A stretch of 64,000 nt of DNA, taken from NCBI RefSeq assembly GCF_009914755.1, contig NC_060932.1. One strand, written 5' to 3'. The notes below the pieces were generated by a model. The model was not told the origin of the DNA. It was given only the letters and a program-made list of their open reading frames with translations, and searched no databases. Shown one piece after another: positions 32,870 to 47,275 of this stretch. This DNA comes from the human T2T-CHM13v2.0 reference genome, Homo sapiens. How positions within the stretch are numbered: the first letter of the stretch is position 1; every line of letters begins with the position of its first letter. Both the position numbers and the translations under genes were made by a program.

Positions 32870-33930
32870 TTATCCCCTTCCCTTAGAGCTTGATGCCTTG
32901 ATAGTGATCACTGTCTCCCAATTCTCTTCTCTCCATTCTCAAAACTATTCCAATCCAATTTTTGCATGTGCCCCCAACCCCAGCTTTATCAAAATTGCTA
33001 TTATAAGGTCACCACTGGCCTTCATGTTGCTACATTCAGAGATCAGTTCTCAATCTGCACCTTACTTGAAACATTTTTATTCACTAGGCATCCAAGACAA
33101 CACACTCACCTGGTTTTCCTCCTACTTCAATAGTTGTAGTTTCTCAGTCTACTTTTCTGGGTACTCTTCACCTTCCCAACCTCTTAATGTTGTAGAACTT
33201 TGTATATTCTCTGTATATTCACCATTTTGATGATTTCATCCAGTCTTATAACTTGAAATACCACCTATATTTTGACAACTCCAAAATTTATATCCTCAGT
33301 CCAGCCTTCTTCCTAAACTCCAACTGCTTCTTTAATCTCTCCATAAGCTTGTCTACTAGGTATCTCAATTGAAGATGCACAAAATTAAATTTAATCTTCT
33401 CCCTTCAACCTGCCATTCCAGCAGCTTTCCACATTACATAAATTTTAACTGCATCCTTCTAATGGCTCAAGAAAAATGAACAAAACTCTTGGAATTATCC
33501 TTGCTTCCTCTCTTTCTCTCACATCCCATATTTAATTCACCAGCAAACCTTTGGCCATATGTCCAAATTATATCAAGAAACTGACCAGTTTTTACCACCA
33601 CTGCTGCTACTACCTTGATTCAAGCCATTCTTCTTACTTGCCTGGATTATTATAAAAACTTCCTAAATCTTCTCCTGCTTCCACTTTACCCTCTTTTAGT
33701 TTGTTCTAGGCACAATAGCCAGAGTAAGATTGTTAAAATATGCCAAATCTTTTTCATTCTGCTCAAAAATCCTCCAATTTCTTCCTGTCTTACTCAAAGT
33801 AGAAGACAGTGGTCTCACATTAGCTGAAAATGAGCTGTATGATCAGATTGCTTAGTTAATCTTTTGAATCTCATCTCCTGTGTTTCATCCATGCACCCTG
33901 TGCTCCAGCCACAATGATCCCTGTGTTGTT
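32870..33930 (+). mobile_element. L2 (L2a-like) fragment including part of the RT domain
   Basis: ORF 32751-33230 contains SLGIQDNTLTWFSSYFNSCSFSV...QPLNV, the CR1/L2-clade RT segment that precedes GVPQG. Confidence 0.85.
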
Positions 33931-34006
33931 CCTTATGAGTGGTGAAGTGGGAGATGAAATACGGTCACAGGTCCTTTGAGACTGCTCTGATTGAGGAGTA
34001 GGGGTC

Positions 34007-34405
34007 TGTGTTAGGCTGAATAATGACTGCTCCACCCCACCAAAGATGTCTACATGCTAATTCCCAGAATCTGTGAACATTACCTTATAGAACAAAAAGG
34101 ATCTTGCAGATGTGATTCAGTTAAGAATCCCAAAAACAAAGGGACACAAGGTGAAGGTGATGAACATGTCTATTATCTTGATTGTGGTGATGATTTCATG
34201 GGCATATGCCTAGGTCCAAACTCATTAAATTGTATATATTAAATATGCACTTTATCGCATATCAGTTATACCTCTATGAAGCTATTTTTTAAGTTAAGGA
34301 TCTTGACATAGGGATATTGTCCTGAATTTTACAGGTGGGCCCAATGTAATCACACGGGTCATTACAAGAGAGACCCAGGAGAGTCAGAGTAAGAGCAAGA
34401 TGTGT
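34007..34405 (+). mobile_element. MLT1 (C/D-like) LTR 5' part, interrupted by an L1 3' end at 34130-34291
   Basis: TGTGTTAGGCTGAATAATG...GCAGATGTGATT; insert flanked by TSD AGTTAAGAATC/AGTTAAGGATC (34119-34129, 34292-34302). Confidence 0.85.
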
Positions 34406-34409
34406 GAAG

Positions 34410-35035
34410 GCTCCCACACACTGCTGGCAGAAATTAAAATGTTACAACTGATTTGAAAAAGCGACCTTTTTTTCAAGTTAAACCTACATCTACCATATGA
34501 CCCAGACATTCTACTCCAAGTTATTTACCCAAGAGAAAAGAAAGGTTATATGCACACGAGGGCTTGGACATAAATGTTCGTAGTAGCTTCATTCATTCAC
34601 AATAGTTAAAAACTTGTAATGAACCAAATATTCTTCAACAGGTGTTAAATAAACAGATGTTAAGTGAAATAAAGATTAGTAAACTGTAGTATATCTGTAC
34701 AATGGAGTAGTAGTCAGGTTTTTTTTAAAAGGGGCAAATAATTAGTACATACAAAACCATGGATGAATCTCAAAATTACTAAAAGACAACCATAATCTGG
34801 TTTATGGTGAAAAGAGAGTATCAGTGGTAGCCCATGGCCAGGGCTGAAGAGAGGAAAGATGGCAAAGGGAGCTCGGGCAGCTTTGAGGGTGATGGACACA
34901 TTCTATGTCTTGATGGTGGCAGTGGTTTCCTGCGTGTGGCAATGGTTTTCTGCATTTGTCAGAGCTCACTGAATTACATTTTACATTGATACAATTTATT
35001 CTACATAATTATAGTTCAATAAAATTGATTTCTTA
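34410..35035 (+). mobile_element. L1M ORF2 end and 3'UTR
   Basis: ACCATATGACCCAG, ATGGATGAATCTCAAAA, terminal TTCAATAAAATTGATTT. Confidence 0.8.
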
Positions 35036-35039
35036 AAAC

Positions 35040-35400
35040 CTTAGTAAGAAGGAAGAAGTGCAAAATACAACAAAACAATTTAATTATATTACAAATGTAT
35101 GAAACAAACTCACTGAAAGAGCAAAGGTGTGGACCTAATTGGCTTTGGAAATGAGTGGAGTCTATAAGACTAAAGGCAAAAGAAACTGCACATGAGCACT
35201 GTGGTCCAGTTGATAAAAGTGTTTCCCACGGGAACATAGGTAAGTAATTCTGATACCATTACACATGTATAGTAAAACTGAAGGATTAGAAAAATGGATG
35301 ACAGATGATGCAAGCTAGGTTTCTCACTGTTGGAGTAGAAGGTTACAAATAAGTAAGGGAAGAAGGCTGGATAACAATGGATTAGATAATGTGCATAACA
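35040..35400 (+). mobile_element. L1MC-type 3'UTR fragment
   Basis: GGAAATGAGTGGAGTCTATAAGACTAAAGGCAAAAGAAACTGCACAT. Confidence 0.65.
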
Positions 35401-35434
35401 ATGGGTTATGCACATTAAACAACCCCCCATCCAA

Positions 35435-35503
35435 TCCTCCCAGATGTGGAAAAATTGTCTTCCATGAAACTGGTCCTTGGTGCCAAAAAGTTGGGGAGCA
35501 CTG
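35435..35503 (+). mobile_element. MER1 (hAT-Charlie) 3' end
   Basis: GTGGAAAAATTGTCTTCCATGAAACTGGTCCTTGGTGCCAAAAAGTTGGGGAGCACTG, then hAT-type target ACCTAGAA. Confidence 0.85.
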
Positions 35504-36645
35504 ACCTAGAAGATAAGCTCAGATCGTAAAACCCAGAAAATTTGTCATTCAAATATAAATATGTTGAATCTGTTACATACATATTCTATTAAGCTAAACG
35601 TAACTAAATAAGTCCTCTTAGGCTAACTAGAACTACTGTTGCCTAGTTCCTAAAAGATGTTCGTGGGTGGCAATAGATGTCTGGGAATAAAAGGACAGAG
35701 TGCCTGGAACAGGCCCTTGGTGGCCTCTTAGATCAGAGACTGTGTGCAAACCTGCATGCTGTCTCCCTGTTGTATCCTGAGCTAAGCAAACAGAAACCAT
35801 ACTGCTGGATCTTAAACTGTGAAACTACAATACTCTTGGGAGCTTATCATCAGCTTGCAAGCTGTTGAACAAGACCCCGATAAACTTATTACCACTGGGG
35901 ACAGGATATAGACTTGTCTACACTAGAATTCTAACCTTCACCCTAATCCACTTAGCCCCAGCCCAGCTGCAGACATATAATTTCTGATAATGCTTCTTTT
36001 TCTATCTGTGTTGATTTTTACTCACTATTTACTTTGGCAAGGCATGCTAAGACCTCAGCAGCTTGGAGCTAGCAGAGAGATGAAAATGTCTGAACCAAAT
36101 GGAGTAAAAGCTGTGGGATATCACCCCAACTTCAGAGGTTGGCACAGAAAAGAGCAGTCACATGACCATGCACATTTTTTCCAAAAAATATAAACTACAT
36201 TAAAGTAAGGATTTTGTTTTGTTTTGCTCATTTCTGCATCCCAAGTCTAAATCCATACCTGGCACACTGGGCATTGGATAAATATTATAAATATGTGTTA
36301 CACAAATTAAGGTTCTAATTCTGGTAGCAAGCAGAAAGCAGGACTGTGTGTGCAGTTAGATGAGTGTGTTGTAGGCAAAGTTAAGTCAGATCACTTACAG
36401 GATCCCATCCATCCAGCCTCTTCATCAGTAGCAGGGCACAAACCACTGAAAATTCCCCTGGGCCAAAAACAAAGTTGAATCGCAAAGTAAAAAAACTACA
36501 CTTGGACTTCACGTTATAAAATCTGGTTACGTTTCAATTATAAAATTTTTTAAACCTCACAAATTTAAAAAAATGTGATTGATGTCAGACATGCCACATA
36601 TTTCAGTATCAGAAAACAACAAAAACAATGAGGCAATGTCTAGGA

Positions 36646-36866
36646 CAGGTTTCCTTAATCTCAGCACTGTTGACTTTGGGGCCTGTGGGGGGCTGCCCCA
36701 TGCATTGTAGGGTGTTGATCAGCATCATCCCTGGCCTCTACCCACTAGAGGTCAATAGCACCCCCAAACCCCAACAGTTGTTACAACCAAAAATGTCTTC
36801 AAATCTGGTCAAATATCCCTCTGGAGTATGGGGAATGGGGGATTTGCGTCCTTTAGAAAAACACTG
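36646..36866 (-). mobile_element. MER20 (hAT-Charlie)
   Basis: CAGCATCATCCCTGGCCTCTACCCACTAGA...CAACCAAAAATGTC...AAACACTG; flanks GTCTAGGA/GTCTACAG. Confidence 0.85.
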
Positions 36867-37084
36867 GTCTACAGTTTTGAGAACAAAAAGGATACAGCCA
36901 CGAAGTTGTCATTCATATGTGAAGGCCACTGCCATGTTCAGATTTCAAGACATGTAAGATACACCAGTCTTAAAGGGGAAAAATTACTTAAGAATATATT
37001 GCAGCCAACTGAATCATGAATCAAAATCAAGTATGGAGATGAAAGAGAACGGGGCTGTGAGTCATAAACCAATATCACAAAGAC

Positions 37085-37250
37085 CTTCATTTTCACCATA
37101 ATGAGTCTAAGTGTGGATTTATTTTCATCTGTATTACAGAGGATTCAGAATTCAAAATAACATTTTCAACTTGAAGATTCATGTCTTTCTTCAATTCTGG
37201 AAAATTCTCTGTTTTGATCAATTGAGTTCTAGCCAATGGAATAAAATCCT
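37085..37250 (-). mobile_element. Old L1 ORF1 fragment
   Basis: ORF 37093-37293 contains ENFPELKKDMNLQVE, an L1 ORF1p-like motif. Confidence 0.7.
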
Positions 37251-38213
37251 CCCAGATACAATCCTGTCTTCTCTTTCTACAGGCTGAAAGCAAAATACAT
37301 CAAGACCCTAAAGGACAGGAGAACGACAAGATGAAGAGAGTTGCTGCACATCAGCCACTTTGTGAAAGACACACTCAATTCTTGCATCAGGCTGTTAGAT
37401 GGGAATAAACTTCTACTGCATTCAGCCAATACATTTTGAGATATATTTGTTATATTAAATAGCAGTTAGTATCACCTTAAACCAAGATAAGCCAAGGGAT
37501 GCATAAAATAGGTGATCCAATGCAGGGGAAGGGCAATGGGAATTCCCAGATGAATTGCAAAGGGAGGTCCCAGGACTACAACTGGGAAGTGGTCAAGAGA
37601 GCAAAGCTAGTCCACATTAGAAATGAAGGCAGAGGGCTCCAGGAGGGATGACATCGGGGGGAAAAAAGATGGGGATGGGTGGGAACTGGTGACATTGTGT
37701 GAAAAATTGGATCAAGTAGTATTTTGCATTGTTGATGGAGGATATACAAACAGCAAGAAATTCTAACAAAGCCAAGAAAAAAAAAATTCAAAGAAATCTG
37801 CTTTGGGAAATAAGAAGTTGACACAGAAATGTGAACAAAATATCCTACTTAGCTCATCAGGGAGCAATATTTACATTTTCACAATATTGCATACGCCGAG
37901 TCTTGATCTAAGCAGAAATGTGCTAGAATTCCGCTATGAGGATATCTGTGCGTGTGTGTGTGTGACATGGTGAAAAAATTTGAAATCCTTGACTTCCATC
38001 ATTAGAAGTCACCAGATAGTTTTGATGATAGAAAACTGAAAATACAAGAAATACTAATTTAAGTGTGTATTTAGATTAATCAAACTAAATGTATATACAG
38101 TGGTTGCCTCTAGGAAGTAGACATCTAGGGTGGGAAAGAAAGGCTTAGGAGGCTGCTCTTTTGTCATTGTAAACACTTTGCTACTATTCAGCTTACAAAA
38201 ATATGTACATGTA

Positions 38214-38553
<340 letters not shown>

Positions 38554-38593
38554 TTAAAAATAAGAATAGATTCCCACTTCCATCAGGTATTTC

Positions 38594-39057
38594 TGATGCA
38601 GGTCAGGCAAACCCCAAAGTGGAGCTTAGCCCACTGGGTTTCTGGCTTGGCCCAGGAAAGAATTCAAGGGCAAGGCAGAGGCAGAAGAAAACAGCCTTAT
38701 TGAAGTGTTACAGCTTGGTGACTACTTCTGCAGAGCAGGGTTACCCCATGGGCAGAGAGTAGCAGCTCAGAGCACTTTTGCAGTCGTATTTATGCTGACT
38801 TTTAATTGCATGCAGACTAAAGGGTGGTTTATGTAGAAATATCTAGGGAAAGGGTAATAACTTTTGGGTCATTGGGTCATTGCCATGCAAAGGGGCTGTA
38901 ACGCCCCAGTGTTGCCATGGCAACGGTAAATTGACATGGCACACTGATGGGCATGTCTGATTAAAAGCTGCTTTGCCTTGGCCCTGTTTTAGCTAGTCCT
39001 CAATCCGTTCTGGTGTCCGAGCCAAGCCTCTGGAGTCAAATCCCGCCTCCTACATTA
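38594..39057 (-). mobile_element. MER66-family solo LTR (second copy)
   Basis: TGATGCAGGTCAGGCAAACCCC...CCCAGGAAAGAATTCAAGGGC; 4-bp TSD TTTC at 38590-38593 and 39058-39061. Confidence 0.8.
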
Positions 39058-40354
39058 TTTCCAATCTTCAGCCTAGATGCAGCATACTTTTTAAATGGTT
39101 TATATTCAGGAAAGGGTTAAATTTACCTTAATTGCAGGAAGTAAAAAAAATCATTGTGCTCTGACATTGCCTTTTGTGGAGTCAATTGATTCTTTGGGTT
39201 CTCCCTCCAAAAAAATACTGCCAAGAAAACAAAAAAGGACTAGTGCTGAATATTGGTTAGAATCATGTACGATGGGACTGAAATCTAATAAGTGTGCATT
39301 TTAGTCACTAAAATGATGCTTCAGAGTTATAATAAAGAACAGTTAGATGGATCTGTGATGTGATAATGAAATGCTATTTCAGCCTGTAAAATGTGAAAAA
39401 CCTCTTTCTATAAGAACCTCACCAGTGGGCACATTTTAGCTGTTGCCATATCTGCATCTATAGTAACAAACATAAATAATTTACATACAATTTGTCCCTC
39501 ATAAGAAGAGAGTAAAGAAAACACAAATGGGGGGTCATGAGTATGTCAACCATATACCTACCCTCTATTTCCAAAAGAAACCCAAGCTCAAATAGCCCAT
39601 TCCACTGTCAGATCATGGGTATGAATTTATGTCCAAATTATCAGCTCAGGAAATGTGACTGTGATGAGGTTTGACAGTGAAAGGAGAGAACAAAAAGATC
39701 AGAATTAGTGGACTTCCCTGTCTGTCTTCAGCCAACCATGCCCTACTTGAATTCTCTTCTCTAGTGTTCCTTTTTTTCCACCTTTATCTGTCCATCACCT
39801 TCCTCCTCTCTTAAAGCCTCCTCCCATCTCCAATGCCCCTGCAAGGGAGATTTGAGAAGGCTGAAGATCACTCTGGAACCCTTACTTCCTTTCTCCAGGC
39901 CCCCCTGTATAGCTCCTGGAGGGAAGTTTTGTTACCCTTATGTGAAGATGAATGTCTTTATTGATTTTTGGAAAATTTAAACATTCAAATCATTGATTCC
40001 AATCCATGCTTGGTGAATGCTTGATGCTGCTCCTTGGAACTGAATTGTGCTGGCACCCAAGCAAAGCAAAGTCAATGGAATGAATGAATAAAGCTTATGC
40101 CAGCCCTTCAAGAGGTGTTGACAGTGCGCTGTGCATGGGTCATCTGAAAGTCAAGCAGAAAATAATGCTGTTCCATCCGAGCCTGAGCCAGCACATGCTG
40201 GGAGTGAGAGAGCAGCCACCTTGCTAGACAGCTGCTGTCCCACTGGAAGAGAATATTCATTCTCACTGAAATCTGAGAGGCTATATTAATGTAGAGAATC
40301 CAGAGAGACTGCAGAGCTTGCCTTCTGCTTTGAGGTCTCCTCCTCCTTCTTCTT

Positions 40355-40621
40355 GTTTTATTTTATTTTTAGAGATAAGGTCTCTCTCTGTCTCCCAGGC
40401 TGGAGTGCAGTGACACAATCATAGCTCACTGCAGCCTCAAACTCCTGGGCTCAAGCAATCCTCCCATGTCAGCCTCTTGAGTGGCTGAGACTACAGGTAT
40501 GTGCCACCATGCTTGTCTAATTTATTTTTATTTCTTTTGTAGAGACAATATCTGGCTATGTTACCCAGGCTGGTCTCAAACTCCTGGCCACAAGCAATCC
40601 TGCTGCCTCAGCCTCCCAAAA
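40355..40621 (-). mobile_element. AluJ, slightly 5'-truncated
   Basis: J-type ATAGCTCACTGCAGCCTCAAACTCCTGGGCTCAAG; TSD TCCTCCTTCTTCTT/TCCTCCTTTTTCTT. Confidence 0.92.
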
Positions 40622-41100
40622 TGTCCTCCTTTTTCTTTATGAGAGTGACCTAAAAAGGGGTAGGGAATCCGTCTTGTGTCAGCATCTGCTTTCCCACCAC
40701 TACCCCTGCAAGAGTGAGGGCAACAGCATTTCTAGGCTCATGCAAGGAGATTATGTGAAATTCTAATGGGTGGAGGGTGGGAGAAATGCTTGAAAGGAAC
40801 ATGTTTCAAAGGAAAAGTAAAAATAGTTGACAAAGGGATGACAACCCCCAAACAAGAAGGACCTTCTTATGAATTTATTAATTTTACCTGCCCAGTCACC
40901 GTTCTCCCTTGTTTGGGGGAGGCACAGTGGAGTGGAGAAGAACACAGTTCTGCAGCTGGGCTAGCGGACTTGGAATTTTGTCTGCCGGTACTAAAGTGAA
41001 ACTTTAGGCAAGTTAGTTAATCCTGGGGACTCAGGTGCTTCATCTGTACAATAGAGCTATAGCACCTATATTGCTGAGAGGATGAAAGGAGCAATTCAAT

Positions 41101-41767
<667 letters not shown>

Positions 41768-41989
41768 TCTATAAGTGCTTAAAACACTACCTGGTATCTT
41801 GTAGGTAATCAAGTATGAATTTTCGTAGCTGTTATTTTTATATTGAGGAGCCTTAGGCCATGTAGCTGGGATGGAACTGAACTTCCTCCTCCCAGGGTCA
41901 CGCACATACATAACCCAAGATTGGCCACTCAGAGCACCAATTCATTAGCCTATGATAATTTGTTCCTAGGATGTAAAGAAATGTAAGAA

Positions 41990-42650
41990 ACATTGGGAAT
42001 ATATTTCTTAACATATTATGGGAATATAAAATGATACAGCAACACTGGAAAACAGTTTAACAATTTCTTTAAATACATGCAACTACCATATAACTAAGCA
42101 GTGGTACTCTTCCATTTTCCCCTGAAAAATAAAAAGTCTTGTTCACAAAAAAAACCCATACACAGATGTTTATAACAGTTTTATTCTTAATAAGGAAGAA
42201 TTGGAAACAACTAAGATGTCCCTTAGTGGGTGAACAGTTAAACAAGCTGTGGCACACCCATATGGACTACCACTCAGCAATAGAAGGAGCTACTGTAGAC
42301 ACACGCAACAACCCAGAAGAATCTCCGGGGAATTACACGGAATGCAAAAACCAATTTAAAAAATATATGGTTCTATTTACATAGCATTGTTGAAATGATA
42401 AATTACAGAAATGGAGAACAGATTGCTCAGGGTCAAAGAGATGATGGGGGCAGGAAGGAAATGAGAATGGCCATAAAAGGACAGCTTGAGGGATTACTGA
42501 GCTGATAGAAATGTTCTGTGCAACATCAGTGTCGTAAGATGTTACTATTAGGGAAATTGGGTAAAGGGTACACAAGAACTCTCTGTATTATTTCTTATAA
42601 CTGCATATGACCCTACAATTATGTCAAAATAAGTTTAGTTAAAAACAAAC
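41990..42650 (+). mobile_element. L1MC/MD-type ORF2 end and 3'UTR
   Basis: ORF 42139-42384 (MFITVLFLIRKNWKQLRCP...KLW) is an L1 ORF2 C-terminus remnant; terminal CTCTCTGTATTATTTCTTATAACTGC. Confidence 0.85.
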
Positions 42651-42779
42651 AAACCACCAAAAACTGTCCCATGTAATTTTAATGTGTGGCCAAGGCAGAA
42701 CGTCTGATCTATTTCCTCCCTATTTGTAGGCTTTTTTGTGTTTAATCCGTTCTTTGTTTTGCTTAAATTCTATAACCTA

Positions 42780-44500
42780 TCATTTGAATCTTTCTTACCA
42801 ACACTTTGAATTTCCTTGCCTTCCATATTCTCATATTTAAAGAGAGCTTCTTGTAAGCAGCATTTAGATAGTTTTTAAAAATCTAGTCTGACAATCTTTG
42901 ATTTTTGTTTATCTATAATGAGAGTATTTTGTCAGTTAAACTTAAGGCAATTAATATTTGGAGTAAAAAAATCTGTCATCTTACTTTGTTCCCATTTTTT
43001 CTTTGTTCCTTTGTTTTTTATTTCTTTCTTATCCTTTTTTGATTAATTATTTTTATTATTTTTTTCTCCATTCACTCATTAATTCTATGTTATTTTAATC
43101 TGCACCCTAGAGGATGCAACATACATCTCTGACTTATATATTATAGTATAAATTCATGCATTTATCACCTCTCTGAATTAAAGGATCATAGAATTCTTTA
43201 TTTACCACAACCTAAACTTTTTGTGCTATTGATAATGTGTCTTTATTCTGCATGTATTTAAACCCCACAAGATATTGTTGTCAGTGTCTTATATAGTAAA
43301 TATTCATTTGTATATACTTACATATTTTATTGCTCTTTATATCTTCCTAAATTTCCATGCTGCCTACCTGGAAAGCATGAAGACAACCTTTAGTTTTTCT
43401 TTCCATGCAATTCTGCTAGTGACAAATTCTTTTAGTTTTTGTTCATCTGGAATGTCTTCTCTATTTTTTCTTCATTTTGAAAAGCATTTTAACTGGATAT
43501 AATTCTGCATAGGCAGTGACTTCTTTCAATGCTTAAGATGTCATTCCATGGTGTCCTGGCTTGAGTTGTTGGTGTTGAAAAGTCACCTGCACTTTGAGGT
43601 TTATAGGTCATTTTCTCTCTGTCTCCTGTTAAGACTTTTTTTGTCTTTCAACTTTAACCATTTTACTGCTTGGGGCCCAGGTATGGATTTCCTCTGTCAC
43701 ACTTCTTTGGATTTGTTGCACTTATCAAATCTGTGACTTGAGTCTGTCATCAATTTGGGGAACATCTCAGCTAATTGTCTTCAAATATTGCTTCTGCCCT
43801 ATGTGCTCTCTCTCCATCTGGTATTAAAATCACACAAGCACTTTCTTTGGGTTCCATGTGTCTCTTACACCCTCTTTCTATTTTATATCCTTTCGACTTT
43901 CTCAGAGTTTCAGTCTGTTTGTTTTCTACTGACCATTCCTCTAGTTCTCTTTTCAGCAATGTCTAATCTGCTTTTAAACCCACGATTGAATTTCTAATTT
44001 TAGTTATAGTATTTTTAAGTTCTAGATTATTTTATAGGTTCAAGGTCTGCGGTGAAATTTTCCATCTTGCCATCTTTTCCTTGAATATGTTAATCATGGT
44101 TATTACAAAATCTACTTCTGATCATTCCAATATCTAGATCACCTATGGGTTTGTACATATTGCCTTTTCTCTCCTTTTTTTCTAATATATTGTTCTGTGT
44201 CTTGGCATGCCAGGTAAATTTTTTTTTGAGTGCTGGGCATTATGTGTGAAAAACTATAGAGGCTCTGGATGGTAATATATTATCTTACTTCGAGGAGGGT
44301 TTATCTTTCTTCCAGCAGGCAGGTAGGATGAGAAATTTTACTTTTATCCAATCAGGAGCTGGGATGATACCAGGCTGTTCTTCAGTCTTTGTGAACACTA
44401 GCCTGTTCCCCCATTTGCCCTTTCCCCCGGGACATAGCCTTCTCTGGACAGGTCCTGAATGTCTAGTGTCTCTGGAGAAGACCCTGACCCCCTGCCATCC
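42780..44500 (-). mobile_element. Old L1 5' half (ORF2 start, ORF1, 5'UTR)
   Basis: TCTTGTAAGCAGCAT, TAGTCTGACAATCTTTG; ORF1p-like AEAIFED peptide in ORF 43771-43959. Confidence 0.7.
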
Positions 44501-44919
44501 CCAAAGACCAGATCCCTCCGTGCGGCTCTTTGCGAAGACCTTTTCTCTTTGTGCGTTTTGTTGTTCTGGACTTTTCTGCCTTCATCAGAACCTTGCTGTC
44601 CCAGCTCATTCTTTATGAGACGCTCTCCCTTGAGTAGTAACGTTAGTTTAATTTCAAAAACTACTTTTTCAATGGTATGACATGGAATTCAATCCTATTC
44701 AGTGGAATGTGGCTAATGTATAATCTATCTGTTTTAACAAAGGTCTTTGATCTGCCTGCACTTTGCTGTGGGACACTGGACGAGTCACCATCCTACGGGG
44801 ATTGTAAAAAGGGCTTGGTGTCCTCTCGCTCACACTTCGTAACTCCACGACCCTCATGGCGCACACCAGAGGAAAATCTTGTTGTGGTGAGTAAATTTAG
44901 ACCGAACATAAAAAGGTTA

Positions 44920-45222
<303 letters not shown>

Positions 45223-45525
45223 TTACAGGCATGACTGAAAGCAAGGAATGAAAGGATCTTGGCTCAATTGTCCATGCCACAGTTACACATTACACAGGGT
45301 CACGTTCCAAAGTCTACAGCAAAAGATAACACGTAGGCTGGTAGGCTGTAGAAAAATATTCTCGAAGAGCCCTTAAGTAGCTAAAAAGGAGAGTATGCAT
45401 AACTAGGGAGGAGACTGATTTTCCAATTCTTCATAGGTCCAAAAAAGTCTGTTTTTCTTTCAACAATAGAACTTAAGTTGACCACCAAAGTATTTGGTTT
45501 CTATTTAAAGGTTATATCATATTTT

Positions 45526-45827
45526 ATTTAGTTAGCTAGTTATTGAGAAGGGGTCTCACTGTGTTGCCCAGGCTGGAGTGCAGTGGCGAGATCATGGCTC
45601 ACTGCAGCCTTGACCTCCCCAGGCTCTGGTGATCCTCCCACCTTAGCCTCCCAAGTAGCTGGGACTACAGGCATATGCCACCATGCCCTGCTAACTTTTT
45701 GTAGTTTTTGTAGAGATAAGGTTTTGTCATGTTGCCCAGGCTGGTCTCAAACTCCTGGGCTCAAGCTATTTTCCCACCACAGTCTCCCAAAGTGCTAGGA
45801 TTACAGGTACGAGCCACCATGCCTGGC
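45526..45827 (-). mobile_element. AluJ
   Basis: J-type motifs; long decayed TSD TTTAAAGGTTATATCATATTTT/TTTAGAGGTAATATTATATTTT. Confidence 0.92.
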
Positions 45828-46565
45828 TTTAGAGGTAATATTATATTTTAAAATGTACATCTAAACACTAAAATCACATTGATGCTACAAGAGACAAATA
45901 GGAGCTGAAACCATTTAGGGAAGAGTAGATTAAACCTCTCATTGTATATTTGGCAAGGGAGGTGTTGTGGGCATCAGCTCACTGAGGAGCATGACAATGG
46001 AAATTACCATTGCAGGTTTCCCTCCACAAGTGGGTAATTAAATTCCCATGAGTTAAGTGTGTATATTATGTGCTTTTTACTGAAACAGATTATATGGGTG
46101 AAGGGAGTAAAAGACTCAAAGGTAAGAGCTGCAGGTTATGGGATACAAATTAAATTAGCCAGGGCGCTGAAATTACTAGCTGTGCCACTGTTTCTCAAGT
46201 GACAGAAAAAGAACTTGGAGTTTAACATAATAATTCTATAAAAGATAAAAGAGAGATTGCATATCATGTGTCTCTATTACTATGAGGTATCACACTTATA
46301 TTCTTTTGACAATTGAAATGCTTTTACTGATGCAGAAATAGAAGATCTAAGAGGGATCCCAGCCCATTCATGGGGACCTACTCTCTTCATCTAAGACTGC
46401 CCAACTCACTGCCCACATTTCCCACATGCTGGAAATTTGTTAAATGCCTTGAGTTGAGGGATCCTAGTTGTTCTGAGCTCTCTGTTATGTTTTCCCTCCA
46501 CTTGGGCTTAAATATGCAAAGTAATAAGTTGCAATAATAATGGAAGTATGACTTGCTGAGATCAA

Positions 46566-46662
46566 ATATATATATATATATACACATACACACACACATA
46601 TATGTATATGTATATATACACATATATATGTTTACCAATATATGTACACACACATATATATA
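46566..46662. repeat. Compound (TA)n/(CA)n microsatellite
   Basis: Read directly. Confidence 0.9.
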
Positions 46663-47275
46663 TTGGTGGTTACTTTTTGTGTCAGTGTGACTGGGCTAAG
46701 GGATACCCAGATAACCCAGGTAAAACATAATTTCTGGATGTGTCTGTGATGGTGTTTCTGGAAGAGATTAGCATTGGAATTGGTAAACTAAGTAAAGAAG
46801 ATCATCCCCACCAATGTGGGTGGACATCACCTAGTGTGATGAGGACCCAAATACAGCAAAAAGGCAGAGGCAGGGTGAATTAGAAATTTGGCCTCTCTCT
46901 CCTTGAGCTGGGGCATCCATCTTCTCCTGCCCTCTGACATCTGAGATCCTGTTTTCCAGCCCTTCAGAGACTTGCAACATCACAAACCTCCTCCTCCTCT
47001 TCTCCTCCCTCTTCTTCAGCCCTCAGGCCTTGCACTGGGACAATGGGATGCCCACCGTTGACCAAGGGCTCCTTGGTCCTGGGCCTTCAGACTCAGTCTG
47101 AATTACACCACCAGCTTCCTCATTCACCTGCTTGCAGGTGGCAGATCTTGGGACTTCGCAGCCTCCAAAATCACATGAGCAAATTCCTATAATAAGTCTC
47201 CCCCCTCCGCCTCTCTCCCTCTCTCTCTCTCTGGAGAGAGATGGTTCTGTTTCTCTGGAAAACCCTGACACACAC
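46663..47275 (+). mobile_element. MLT2B-like (ERVL) solo LTR
   Basis: GACTGGGCTAAGGGATACCCAGATA...GTTTCTGGAAGAGATTAGCATT...GTTCTGTTTCTCTGGAAAACCCTGAC. Confidence 0.9.

Noticed and set aside
35847-35868. 14-bp palindrome CAGCTTGCAAGCTG with imperfect extension
   Set aside because: One palindrome of this size is not surprising in 64 kb, and there is no supporting context.
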